A DNA stretch of 64,000 nt, taken from assembly GCA_020725175.1 (NCBI GenBank), contig DYFM01000002.1, positions 36,880-100,879 of the forward strand, given 5' to 3'. This DNA comes from Candidatus Paceibacter sp. (GTDB taxonomy: Bacteria; Patescibacteriota; Patescibacteriia; Magasanikbacterales; UBA922). The position numbers and the translations under genes were made by a program. The notes under the pieces are model-generated. The model did no database searches. It was not told the DNA's origin and saw nothing but the letters and a program-made list of their open reading frames with translations. This document shows, one piece after another, positions 28,882-38,787 of the stretch. Every line of letters begins with the position of its first letter. Positions within the stretch are counted from its first letter, which is position 1.

Positions 28882-29331
28882 ATGGATCTCAATCGTGTCA
28901 CTCTCATTGGACGTTTGACTCGCGACCCGGAACTACGCACCACCCCAAATGGACAAAGCGTGTGTACCATGACCATTGCGACAAGCTTGGTGTGGACTGA
29001 TCAGACCGGGGCAAAGCAAGAAAAAACTGAGTTTCACAACTGTGTTCTTTGGAGACGATTGGCCGAAATTGCCGGACAGTACCTTACCAAAGGACGTCAA
29101 GTGTATGTGGAAGGACGTTTGCAAACCCGTGACTGGACTGATCAGACCGGAGTAAAAAAATATCGTACCGAAATTATTGTGGAAAACTTGATTATGCTTG
29201 GAGGACAAGGTGGATCTGGCGGACAGAATCGTCCGGCTCCTAGTCAGGATGCCTCAGGTGGTCCATCATATGATGTCGGTTTTGATACTCCCAAAGAAGA
29301 CGAGATCAAAGTAGAGGATATTCCTTTTTAA
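28882..29331 (+). CDS. ssb: Single-stranded DNA-binding protein
   Basis: NRVTLIGRL.RDPELR, KG..VYVEGRLQTR, C-terminal DIPF. Confidence 0.97.
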   Translation: MDLNRVTLIGRLTRDPELRTTPNGQSVCTMTIATSLVWTDQTGAKQEKTEFHNCVLWRRLAEIAGQYLTKGRQVYVEGRLQTRDWTDQTGVKKYRTEIIVENLIMLGGQGGSGGQNRPAPSQDASGGPSYDVGFDTPKEDEIKVEDIPF

Positions 29332-29442
29332 AAAGAATATCGCACCGTATAACCTATAAGATATTTGGGGTAGTTTCTGTGACGGACATCTTGTGAAGAT
29401 TCCTGATATACGAGTTACCTCATTACCAAATTACCTCCGTAT

Positions 29443-29658
29443 ATGGCTAAAGTAAAAACGAAACAATGCTTTTACTGCGTGAATAATATTCCGCATGTGG
29501 ATTATAAAGATACCGATATTTTGCGTAAGTTTGTTTCTTCCTATATGAAGATCGCGCCACGACGACGCAGTGGGCTCTGCGCATGGCACCAACGAAAAGT
29601 TGCCGGAGCCATCAAGCAAGCTCGCATTGCCGGATTGATGGCGTTTGTTCCTCGATAA
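29443..29658 (+). CDS. rpsR: 30S ribosomal protein S18 (Zn-binding type)
   Basis: CFYC, DYKD, KI.PRR.SG.CA.HQR. Confidence 0.96.
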   Translation: MAKVKTKQCFYCVNNIPHVDYKDTDILRKFVSSYMKIAPRRRSGLCAWHQRKVAGAIKQARIAGLMAFVPR

Positions 29659-29699
29659 TCGTCAACCAGCGATACGCAGAAATAACAAGTTGTATCACA

Positions 29700-29738
29700 A
29701 TAAAAAAACGTTTTTCTTTCGAGAAAGGCGTTTTTTAT
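29700..29738 (+). terminator. Terminator after rpsR
   Basis: ATAAAAAAACG...TTCG...CGTTTTTTAT hairpin. Confidence 0.65.
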
Positions 29739-29772
29739 TTTGTTTTGATTTTGTGATATACTTATCACTACA

Positions 29773-29852
29773 ATAGACCGCGAATCAAACGAATAAAACG
29801 GATACAAACGAATCTGTTCGAATTTGTTCCATTCGTTCAATCCGTGGTCTAT
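29773..29852. repeat. Family A intergenic palindrome
   Basis: ATAGACCGCGAAT ... ATCCGTGGTCTAT. Confidence 0.85.
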
Positions 29853-29932
29853 GTACTGACTGCAAAGGAGAGAAGGATAGTGTACGAAATCGGTTTGGAA
29901 ATTGGAGCTTAAGCCTTGAAATTTCCCTCACT

Positions 29933-30562
29933 GTGTTACCACAATATTTTGACAATGAAGATGTGGTTTCAGTAAGCGCGCGTTATCCGCACGATTGTTC
30001 GTGGCACAGAGAAGCGTGTCGGAAGCCCGACTGTTATCAGTGCGGCAGGATAAAGCATGGAATGACAAGAAGACAAGAAGAAGAAGTGTATACGAAACAG
30101 AAACAGCAGGCTTTGGTAGAATTTTTACAGTCTATTGATACTGCCTTAAAACCACAATTCCCAAACCTCTCTTCAGTTGAACAAAAGAAGAAACAAAAGA
30201 CGAGAGATCTGCACCGAAGAATAATTGATTGGAGAAGGGGTGTGATAGAAACTGTGGCAATAGCAAGAGCACACGGTGCGATTTGGCTACAAAGTGAAGT
30301 GGGGAAAGATTTGGAATGGTACAGCAATGTTTTACCGGTCCATTCGTATGAGCTGGTAGTTCTCATTGAAAAAGATACGCAGAGTGATTCAGAAAAAAAC
30401 GCATATCACCGTACCGCCGTCATTGTTTTCGAGTCATTGCGTATACTCTCTCAGGCACTTGATGAGCTGATGAAATACAGAGAAACACGTGAGTTATTAT
30501 TACTTCCTCACTCCGAATTAAAGCACATTGAAGAAGTGTGTCATTCCGTTTTACAAAAATGA
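29933..30562 (+). CDS. Hypothetical protein (start uncertain)
   Basis: 209-aa ORF, Cys-rich N-terminus, coupled to next ORF. Confidence 0.55.
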   Translation: MLPQYFDNEDVVSVSARYPHDCSWHREACRKPDCYQCGRIKHGMTRRQEEEVYTKQKQQALVEFLQSIDTALKPQFPNLSSVEQKKKQKTRDLHRRIIDWRRGVIETVAIARAHGAIWLQSEVGKDLEWYSNVLPVHSYELVVLIEKDTQSDSEKNAYHRTAVIVFESLRILSQALDELMKYRETRELLLLPHSELKHIEEVCHSVLQK

Positions 30563-30564
30563 TT

Positions 30565-31029
30565 ATGAGTATTGAACAACAGGAAAAACAATTGACTAAT
30601 CTCAGAGAACGAGAACGATCTCGAGAAATACGCGAAACTAAAGAAGGAGAACCGAATCAAGAGTTAAAAGCCGCAGCCGCCATGGAACGGGCGGATTATT
30701 TGGTAAAAGAAGTCAAACAAAGTAAGCAGCAAATGCAAAATATTATTCTGCATATGCAACAAGTCATGGCAACGATTAAGCAATTGCTTGCCGAGTTACA
30801 GTTGACTGATGATGATCTGCCGCAATCAGTAGCTCAAGACCAGAAGCGAGTTGAGTTGCTACAAAAAAGAATTGCCACGTACCGGGAAGAATTGATTAAG
30901 ATGAAAGAGGATTTGATAAAAGAGTATATTGAAACCTTGAAAGTACAAGAACCAGGTTTGCCGCAAGAAGAATTGGAAGAGAAGGCACGGTTGGCGGTTG
31001 AGGGGATTATATTGGGTGTTGAGAAGTGA
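30565..31029 (+). CDS. Coiled-coil hypothetical protein
   Basis: E/Q/K-rich helical ORF. Confidence 0.65.
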   Translation: MSIEQQEKQLTNLRERERSREIRETKEGEPNQELKAAAAMERADYLVKEVKQSKQQMQNIILHMQQVMATIKQLLAELQLTDDDLPQSVAQDQKRVELLQKRIATYREELIKMKEDLIKEYIETLKVQEPGLPQEELEEKARLAVEGIILGVEK

Positions 31030-31031
31030 AA

Positions 31032-31566
31032 CTAAGATTAAGAATAAGATTAAGATTAAGATTAAGTACGTTTACTGTTTATTGCTAATTGTTTTATGTC
31101 GGAAGTATTGTTACTAGAACAGATGTCTGTGTATAAGTTGCAAACCAATCTTTCAGATGAACTTTGGGAGATCGTTTCAGTGTGGAATTACTTTGCAAAG
31201 GATACAATAGGAAAGCAATTAACGAGGGCTTTTGACTCAATTGGAGCGAACATTGCTGAGGGGTACGGTAGATTTAATTATGGAGAAAAAATAACGGTTT
31301 ATTTCTACGCGCGAGGGTCTGCTTATGAGAGCCAGTACTGGATTAAAAGAGCAAAAGAAAGAAGGCTCCTAGAAAATGAAAAAGCAAATATCTATTTATC
31401 TACCATCCAAAAAATTACTACTGAACTAAATCGTTTAATAAAAACATGTAAGGATAAAAGATAGAATGTTATAATGTATCTTAATCATAAACATCGTTAC
31501 TAAACTATGTATTCGTTCGATTTTCAACCTCAACCTCAACCTTAATCTTAATCTTAATCTTAATCT
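31032..31566. mobile_element. Four-helix-bundle gene enclosed by inverted (TAAGAT)n arrays
   Basis: Left (TAAGAT)-type array 31032-31066; right (CTTAAT) array 31541-31566. Confidence 0.55.
31096..31464 (+). CDS. Four helix bundle protein (23S rRNA-IVP family)
   Basis: QL.RA.DSIGANIAEGYGR ... ARGSAYE signature. Confidence 0.92.
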   Translation: MSEVLLLEQMSVYKLQTNLSDELWEIVSVWNYFAKDTIGKQLTRAFDSIGANIAEGYGRFNYGEKITVYFYARGSAYESQYWIKRAKERRLLENEKANIYLSTIQKITTELNRLIKTCKDKR

Positions 31567-31569
31567 CCT

Positions 31570-33357
31570 GTGTCTCGGTCATCAAAAGGATTTTCTCTGC
31601 TCGAGATCGTCGTTGCCATTGCAGTGCTGCTGATTTTTTTGGTTGGTTTATATTCGGGAATTCAGATGGTATTTAAAGTGGTATATCAGTCACGTATCCA
31701 GGTACTTGAAAATGGATTACTCAATGAACAGATAGAACTTATCAGAAATTTACCGTTTGAAGATATTGGTATTGTGAATGGGAGTCCGGCGGGGGTATTG
31801 GCACGCACAGTAACAACAACACGCAATGGCTTGGAATTTGAAATAACTCGGACGATTCGAAATATTGATGATCCGTTTGATGGTACAATTGGCGGAACTC
31901 CAAACGATACTGCACCGGCGGATTACAAGGCGGTATATGTTGAAGTGAGCTGTGCGGCTTGTCGACAAGAAAAGCCGGTAAGCGCAAGTACGTATGTGGC
32001 ACCCAAATACTTGGAGGGAGATCCGACACATGGAGCTTTGTTTATCCAAGTGTTTGACGCTTCAGCTCAGCCGGTATCAGGCGCGACCGTTCGTGTGGTG
32101 GCTACCACAACCGATCCACAAATTGATCTCGAGGACACCACGGATAACGAAGGAATGCTGCGTCTGGTTGATTTACCGGGCGGGCAAGAAGCGTACCACA
32201 TTACCGTCACAAAAGCTGGGTATACCACCGATCAAACATATATTGCAACGGAAAGCAATCCAAATCCGGTTCGGCCGCCAGCTACAGTTGTGGCGCAAGA
32301 TGTAACTGAAATAAGTTTTAGTATTGACGAAGCCTCAACGCTCTCGATAACGACGCAAAATTCTCTTTGTTCGGCGGTCGGGAGTGTGCCGATTGATATC
32401 ACAGGAACGCGGATAATTGGGACGGATCCGTCGGTGCCACTCACAGATATCTCTATTACAACCGGTGCAAATGGCACGTATTCACTACAATCTTATCCGT
32501 GGGATACCTATTCTCTTGAGACTACTTCATACGATATCAAAGGTGCTATCCCTGCGGTACCAATTGCTATATCGCCGGGAGTTAGTCAGCCAATTCAACT
32601 TATGGTTGGGGCAGATAGTGGCATTTCTTTATTAACTGTCGTGCGAGATGCGATCACGTCACAACCGGTCTCGAACGCCACAGTACACGTTACCTCTGTT
32701 GCCGGATATGACAAAACGATCGTGACAGATGTGGGAACTGTTCGTCAAACCGATTGGTCGGGCGGATCTGGTCAGGCAGAATTTACCAATGATATTCGGT
32801 ATTGGTCGGCAACTGGTGGAGTGGATACAATATCTTCGGCCGGAAATATTACCCTTTCTTCAGTCGGGGGAGGTACCTATAACTTAAGTGGTGAACTGGA
32901 GTCTTCTACGATTGATCTTGGGTTGGCAGCCAGTTATGTAAATTTGTTGTGGGAGCCATTGGCTCAACCATTGGAAACCGGGGAACAGTCAGTTCGTTTT
33001 CAACTTGCAAGTAGTGCCAGCAGTTCACCGGCTGCGTGGGATTTTGTTGGGCCGGATGGAACCGCTACAAGTTACTATTCCTCGACTAATACAGTTATTG
33101 GAAATCACCATGATGGAAATCAGTATGTTCGGTATAAACTATTTTTGGAAACCGCGTCTTCAACATATACTCCGTTGGTTTCTGATATAAATATTACATA
33201 TACCAACAGTTGTACGCCACCCGGACAAGCTTACTTTAGGGCACTAACTGCGGATGAATATACGGTATCTGTTACTGCGACAGGATATCAACCATATACA
33301 AGTACTGTTTCCGTGTCAGATGATACGATATTTACTATTCAAATGAGTACAGAGTAA
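31570..33357 (+). CDS. Large type IV minor pilin with beta-sandwich repeats
   Basis: Prepilin motif KGFSLLEIVVAI; repeated PVS.ATV...Y.ITVTK.GY modules. Confidence 0.85.
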   Translation: MSRSSKGFSLLEIVVAIAVLLIFLVGLYSGIQMVFKVVYQSRIQVLENGLLNEQIELIRNLPFEDIGIVNGSPAGVLARTVTTTRNGLEFEITRTIRNIDDPFDGTIGGTPNDTAPADYKAVYVEVSCAACRQEKPVSASTYVAPKYLEGDPTHGALFIQVFDASAQPVSGATVRVVATTTDPQIDLEDTTDNEGMLRLVDLPGGQEAYHITVTKAGYTTDQTYIATESNPNPVRPPATVVAQDVTEISFSIDEASTLSITTQNSLCSAVGSVPIDITGTRIIGTDPSVPLTDISITTGANGTYSLQSYPWDTYSLETTSYDIKGAIPAVPIAISPGVSQPIQLMVGADSGISLLTVVRDAITSQPVSNATVHVTSVAGYDKTIVTDVGTVRQTDWSGGSGQAEFTNDIRYWSATGGVDTISSAGNITLSSVGGGTYNLSGELESSTIDLGLAASYVNLLWEPLAQPLETGEQSVRFQLASSASSSPAAWDFVGPDGTATSYYSSTNTVIGNHHDGNQYVRYKLFLETASSTYTPLVSDINITYTNSCTPPGQAYFRALTADEYTVSVTATGYQPYTSTVSVSDDTIFTIQMSTE

Positions 33358-33359
33358 TT

Positions 33360-33974
33360 ATGTTACCGCGATTATCACAATCAGGATTTACTTTAGTAGA
33401 ATTGTTGGTAGCAATTGGGATTACTGTTCTTATCGGAATTATGGCCTCGCAAATGATTATTTCCAGCTTTCGAGATAATGCCATTATTTGGGAACAGCTC
33501 AAAACTCAGTCGGAAGGACGGACGGTACTGAATCGAGTGGTAAACACAGTTCGCCGGGCGGAACAATCAAGTGTAGGAGGATACAATATTGCAGCCGCCA
33601 GTGCAAATGACGTTACATTTTATGCCAATATTGATGAGGATAACTTTCGTGAACAAGTGCGATTTTATCTTTCCGGTACAACGCTGTATCAGTCCACTGT
33701 TAAACCAAGTGGCTCACCGCTGACCTACGTGACCAGTACTGCAACCGTAGTTGCATTGGCAGAAAATATTATGAACAGCTCGTATGGTACGCCGGTATTT
33801 GAATATTATGATGAGTCGTATAGTGGGGTTGAGTCGCCTATGGTAGAGCCAATTGATATTCCGTCGATTAGAATGATTCGAGTTCAAATTGAACTTGAAA
33901 AAGACCCAACAGAAATACCGGTTCCACTGCGAGTGGAGAGTATGGTGCAGGTGCGGAACTTAAAGACGAATTAA
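33360..33974 (+). CDS. Type IV minor pilin (PilW-like)
   Basis: SGFTLVELLVAI, C-terminal VQVRN. Confidence 0.88.
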   Translation: MLPRLSQSGFTLVELLVAIGITVLIGIMASQMIISSFRDNAIIWEQLKTQSEGRTVLNRVVNTVRRAEQSSVGGYNIAAASANDVTFYANIDEDNFREQVRFYLSGTTLYQSTVKPSGSPLTYVTSTATVVALAENIMNSSYGTPVFEYYDESYSGVESPMVEPIDIPSIRMIRVQIELEKDPTEIPVPLRVESMVQVRNLKTN

Positions 33975-33981
33975 TACTAAA

Positions 33982-34064
33982 AAATAGACCGCGGATTGAA
34001 CGGATAAAACGAATACAAACGGATCCGTCCAAATCCGTTCAATGCGTTTCATCTGCGGTCCATT
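33982..34064. repeat. Family A intergenic palindrome
   Basis: AATAGACCGCGGAT ... ATCTGCGGTCCATT. Confidence 0.85.
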
Positions 34065-34135
34065 ATTTATGAAAGCAAAATAATGTTCGAAATAAAAAAT
34101 TTCTTCGGCGGGGAAACTCATTCATTAAACTTCGT

Positions 34136-35536
34136 ATGCTCCGGCAATTATCCTGTTTATTCAAACAACTATCACAAAGTCATCGTGGTTCATCACTGAT
34201 GTTGGTCTTGGTGTTTGGTTCCATTGCGTTTACGGTCATTGTAAGTGGGGTATCAACGTATGCCCTTATGGAATACCGTGCGTCCAACAAGTATTTATAT
34301 CGTGATCAGGCCTTTCATGTAGCGGAAGCGGGGATCAACTATTACCGATGGCACCTGGCGCACAACCCAACAGATTACACTGATGGAACAGGAGAACCTG
34401 GTCCGTATGTTCATGAGTATGTTGATAAAAATGGAACCGTAATCGGAAAATTTTCTCTGGAAATTGATCCGCCTCCCTCCGGAAGCACGGTCGTGACTAT
34501 TCGCTCTACTGGCTGGATGCTGGCTGATCCGGCAAGAACACGTACTATTCAAGCTCGAGTTGGGTTCCCTTCGCTTTCCGATTATGTGTTTCTCAACAAT
34601 AGTAACATGAACTTTAGTTATACGACAGTAGTGCATGGAAAAGTACATTCCAATGGAGGTATTCGCTTTGACGGTACAACAGATTCGTGGGTAACAAGTG
34701 CCAAGGAAACATACAAGTATGAAAATCAAACACATAATGGCGTGTGGGGTGGCGGTGGGCCAAAGTCGTTTTGGAAATACCCTGTTCCACCGGTTGACTT
34801 CAATTCTATCAGTGCCGATCTGGCCGGACTCCAAACGTTGGCACAGGAAAACGGCCATGTGTTGGCATCTTCCGGAAAAGAAGGGTGGCACATCGTTTTT
34901 GCGACTTCGACATATGATCTGCATCGGGTAGAATCAAGAGACTGTTATTATGGAGAAGGAAAATGGAAAAAGTGGAAGTGGTACTGGTATTGGGATGGAA
35001 ATGTGTATTGTGAGGATCTTGGAACAACGACATATATTGAAACCAGAAATCTTCCCACAAATGGGGTCATTTTTTCAAGCGACAACGTATGGGTGGAAGG
35101 AGTTGTTGATGGACGAATTACTGTTGGGGTAGGAGCATTTCCAGTACAAGAACCATATAAGAAGATATATATCAGTGACAACTTGCGATATGCTGAGCAG
35201 TCGAGTGATGACGTAATCGGACTGATAGCACAAGGAGACATCATTGTACCGTATGAAGTGCCTGATACTATGTACATTGATGCGGCTATATTGTCTCAAT
35301 ATGGAGCAATTTACCGACCGTACTATTATGATGATTTGAAAAACTCTTTGACCATTTTCGGGTCGCAAATTTCTTATGAGTCTGGTGGATGGAAGTATGT
35401 GAGTGGTTGGGGACATGTGATTTCCGGATTTGAAGATACAGAACATTTGTATGATGGAAACCTTACCTATAATCCACCGCTTGGTTTTCCGGTTGAAGCG
35501 ACGTACCAGTTGATTTCGTGGGAGGAGATTATGTAA
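34136..35536 (+). CDS. PilX-like minor pilin
   Basis: RGSSLMLVLVF (no Glu5), AF..AEAGI, I.STG, C-terminal SWEE. Confidence 0.82.
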   Translation: MLRQLSCLFKQLSQSHRGSSLMLVLVFGSIAFTVIVSGVSTYALMEYRASNKYLYRDQAFHVAEAGINYYRWHLAHNPTDYTDGTGEPGPYVHEYVDKNGTVIGKFSLEIDPPPSGSTVVTIRSTGWMLADPARTRTIQARVGFPSLSDYVFLNNSNMNFSYTTVVHGKVHSNGGIRFDGTTDSWVTSAKETYKYENQTHNGVWGGGGPKSFWKYPVPPVDFNSISADLAGLQTLAQENGHVLASSGKEGWHIVFATSTYDLHRVESRDCYYGEGKWKKWKWYWYWDGNVYCEDLGTTTYIETRNLPTNGVIFSSDNVWVEGVVDGRITVGVGAFPVQEPYKKIYISDNLRYAEQSSDDVIGLIAQGDIIVPYEVPDTMYIDAAILSQYGAIYRPYYYDDLKNSLTIFGSQISYESGGWKYVSGWGHVISGFEDTEHLYDGNLTYNPPLGFPVEATYQLISWEEIM

Positions 35537-35635
35537 GCTGTTCACAGGAAGAAATAGCAATTAAACAATATTTCTGTTATACTACTCTTATCCTCATATC
35601 TACCGGTCGAACCGTATTTTTAACTCTACGTACGT

Positions 35636-36508
35636 ATGTCAACTACAACCGTAAAAAAAGGAGTGATTATTGTCGCTGGTTTGGGGACACGCTTTTTACC
35701 AGCTACGAAAGCCATGCCAAAGGAAATGTTGCCCGTACTTGATAAACCGGTTGTACAGTACATTGTCGAAGAAATGGCTGAGAGTGGTATTACTGAAATT
35801 ATATTCGTGACCAGTTCGCAAAAACGTCCGATCGAAGATCATTTTGATCGGGATTATGATTTTGAACGTTTTTTGGAAGAAAATGGCAAGCTTGACAGAC
35901 TAAAACCATTGATTGAGCTTTCCGAAAAAGTACGTTTTTTCTATACGCGGCAAGCTAAGCCACTTGGAAATGGTCACGCACTACTCTGTGCGCGTCAATT
36001 TGTTGGTGACGAACCGTTTGCGTTTTCCGATGGGGATAGTATTATCGATGCCAAAGTTCCAGCTACCAAGCAATTGATTCGAGCATTTAAAAAACAAAAA
36101 TCATCCATTATCGGGGTACAGCGAATTGAAGATAAAGAAGCCATGATGAAGTATGGAAATGTCTATGCTCGCCCGACCGGTAAAGACAAGCGGTTGTTTC
36201 GGGTAGAAAAATTGGTTGAAAAGCCGAGTATCCAAAAAGTCTCTCCACACGGTTTGATTGTTGGTGGAATGCGTTACATTTTTACCAAAGAAATTTGGCC
36301 GCTTCTTGAAAAGCAAGGACAAGGCAAGGACAATGAAATCTGGGTAGCGGATGCGGCCAATGAACTGGCCAGAAAAAAGCCGTTTTTTGCGTATGAATAC
36401 GATGGTTTATATTTTGATACCGGAAACAAAATCGCTCTCTTGAAAGCCGCGCTTCATTTTGCGATGAAGGATGAGGGGGTGCGGGGGGAGTTGAGAGGAG
36501 TAATATGA
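35636..36508 (+). CDS. galU: UTP-glucose-1-phosphate uridylyltransferase
   Basis: AGLGTRFLPATKAMPKEMLPV.DKP, Q..PLGNGHA, VEKP. Confidence 0.93.
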   Translation: MSTTTVKKGVIIVAGLGTRFLPATKAMPKEMLPVLDKPVVQYIVEEMAESGITEIIFVTSSQKRPIEDHFDRDYDFERFLEENGKLDRLKPLIELSEKVRFFYTRQAKPLGNGHALLCARQFVGDEPFAFSDGDSIIDAKVPATKQLIRAFKKQKSSIIGVQRIEDKEAMMKYGNVYARPTGKDKRLFRVEKLVEKPSIQKVSPHGLIVGGMRYIFTKEIWPLLEKQGQGKDNEIWVADAANELARKKPFFAYEYDGLYFDTGNKIALLKAALHFAMKDEGVRGELRGVI

Positions 36509-37620
36509 CATCTTTTTTAAAAATTAAAATAATAATAATAGTATTGCTTAGTATATTTTTTCTTTCTAGTGATACTGTTTTTACTATTCAAACATGTTGT
36601 GTTTACGATGATGGTAATGACATGGTGGGAGGGTATGTTGGTCAATCACCTTGTCAACAGGTGGGTGGTTTCTCTGTGGTGGAAACAGACGACTCTGATA
36701 TATGTAACGAGGCATTAAGTTATAATGGAAAGAACAAGAGTTTTATGCTTGAGTGGGCAAATACACTTGTAGATTATGTTAAAGAAAAAAAAATATATGA
36801 ACAAGCGGTAACTAGTATTGCGAACAATCACTGCTGTGTTCCTAAATATGCTTATAAAGATCAGTTGGGTTGTGCCCCCCCCAAAAAATTTGAGGATAAG
36901 CCAAAAAAAGATTTTTTTACCATGCTATGGACTGTCGCACAAAAAGAACCAACCGATCCAAATAATATCACAGTCACAGACAAAACACTGTTGAGTGATT
37001 TAAACATTTTCACTAATAAATCATATATAGATAACTCTGATCTTGTTTCATGTGATTCAGGTAGTTACGCGCTTTTTCCTATTAGCTGTGGAAGTAATTC
37101 ATATATTGATAAAAAAGCCATTGATCATCCGGCCGGAGAAGGACCTCTTCAAGTTCCTCTTCAGCAATATTGTCAAGCAATAAAAGAATTTTACTGTTCG
37201 TGTGCGGATGATTTTAGTGAATGTTCAAATACAAAGTTTACTAATATTGACATATGCCTAAAAAATCAAGTTGGAGGAGTCAATAAGAAATGTGTACCTG
37301 TAGACCAACAAACAACTTGTGAAAGTTTGGTTATCATAAAGTATGAGGGGGTTAAGTTTTCTTTACCTGATACAAAAAAATTAGATCATATAGGTATTAG
37401 TATTCAGGAGTTTATTGGTCGTGTTGTATATACTGCTATGGGTGTTGTAGGAAGTATTGCGCTGGTCATGATGATATATGGTGGGGCACTATGGATGACC
37501 GCTGCTGGTAATTCTGAGAAAGACGCAAGAGCATTGAAGATAATGTTTTGGGCGGGGCTAGGGGTAGTTATAATATTGAGTAGTTATGCAGTTGTTACAT
37601 TTGTTTTTAATGCATTGTAA
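36505..37620 (+). CDS. Cys-rich protein with C-terminal TrbC/VirB2-like pilin domain
   Basis: YGG.LWMTAAGN.E...A.....WA.LG..IIL.SYA. Confidence 0.8.
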   Translation: MTSFLKIKIIIIVLLSIFFLSSDTVFTIQTCCVYDDGNDMVGGYVGQSPCQQVGGFSVVETDDSDICNEALSYNGKNKSFMLEWANTLVDYVKEKKIYEQAVTSIANNHCCVPKYAYKDQLGCAPPKKFEDKPKKDFFTMLWTVAQKEPTDPNNITVTDKTLLSDLNIFTNKSYIDNSDLVSCDSGSYALFPISCGSNSYIDKKAIDHPAGEGPLQVPLQQYCQAIKEFYCSCADDFSECSNTKFTNIDICLKNQVGGVNKKCVPVDQQTTCESLVIIKYEGVKFSLPDTKKLDHIGISIQEFIGRVVYTAMGVVGSIALVMMIYGGALWMTAAGNSEKDARALKIMFWAGLGVVIILSSYAVVTFVFNAL

Positions 37621-37622
37621 GT

Positions 37623-38777
37623 ATGTCAGTAAGAAGACCAGGAGTAGATTTTGATGGTGAGTACATCGCAGCCACTTCTACAGGGCAATTTGCTCATAAT
37701 ATAGGCGAAAAAATTAAAAGAAAACTTGGAAAAGTAGCGGATTATGTGAGACCATCCGTTGATAGAATTCGCTCAGGTGGTTCTGATTTTTGGAAAAAAA
37801 CAGCAAGTGACGAATATAATCGTACTCCGGATAAGTGGACTGGTCAGCAATTATTTGAAATTTTTGAGAAAATATACCAAGAGATACCAAATGATGTTGG
37901 TCCAGAAAAAAAAACTGAGGAAGCTATTCTGGATTTTTATTCTTTTTTACTCCGTCAAGGTATAGACGAATTACCAAAAGATTTTGATAGGTATTTTGGT
38001 GATGGTATTGGAGAACATATAGACATGGAGTACCTTGACGAAGTGGATCCATATACAATTAAAAGAGGAGAAACAACAGAAGGCTATTTAAGAAGATTGT
38101 TTAGTTTCTGGCATTTAGAAGATGTCAATAATCTTCGTGTTGCATTCAACGGAAGCAAATTTTCTAATGATTCTCCTGCTAAAATTTTAGAAAGAGAAAT
38201 ACTTAAATCAGTTAAGGAGGAGGACTCAGAGCGTGTTTCACGCTTACTTCAGCTTGCTAGACCTACAGATCAAAAACATTATTTGGAACTAATTCATGAC
38301 CATGAGATAGCGCATCTTGCAAATGAGTATAGTGAATCGATTAAAGCTGGAAGTTCTGAGTATGATATTCCGGCAAGAAGAATGCTTGCAGCCTCAGCAA
38401 AAGGAAAAAAGATCTTGGAGAGTTTGGATAGGCAAAGGACATTAAAACTTTATGAAGAAATGAGAAAAAAACAGGAAGAGGATACGCTTGAATATATTAT
38501 AACCAGATTTATTCCTGCTTTAAATACAACTAAAAATATGGATGCTTTGCGTATGGCGTGGAATTTGTCTACATTCAAAGATGACACAAATAACATTGTG
38601 GATTCTGATGAAATGTTAAGGCGTGTGTTAGTTATGTATGCTGAGGATGGAGAGGTGGAAATTGTTTTGAGATTACTGTTAATTTCACAAGAAAGCGAAC
38701 TTAATAATAATACAACAATGGTTAAGAGAATATTAATGGAAAAACATCCGGAATTATATAATCAGATAGAGACATAA
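37623..38777 (+). CDS. Hypothetical helical protein
   Basis: 384-aa ORF tightly coupled within the operon. Confidence 0.65.
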   Translation: MSVRRPGVDFDGEYIAATSTGQFAHNIGEKIKRKLGKVADYVRPSVDRIRSGGSDFWKKTASDEYNRTPDKWTGQQLFEIFEKIYQEIPNDVGPEKKTEEAILDFYSFLLRQGIDELPKDFDRYFGDGIGEHIDMEYLDEVDPYTIKRGETTEGYLRRLFSFWHLEDVNNLRVAFNGSKFSNDSPAKILEREILKSVKEEDSERVSRLLQLARPTDQKHYLELIHDHEIAHLANEYSESIKAGSSEYDIPARRMLAASAKGKKILESLDRQRTLKLYEEMRKKQEEDTLEYIITRFIPALNTTKNMDALRMAWNLSTFKDDTNNIVDSDEMLRRVLVMYAEDGEVEIVLRLLLISQESELNNNTTMVKRILMEKHPELYNQIET

Positions 38778-38787
38778 ATAATGACGT

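Noticed and set aside
31096-31464. Diversity-generating retroelement (Avd-like gene near pilins)
   Set aside because: No reverse transcriptase and no TR/VR pair differing at adenines was seen in the window.
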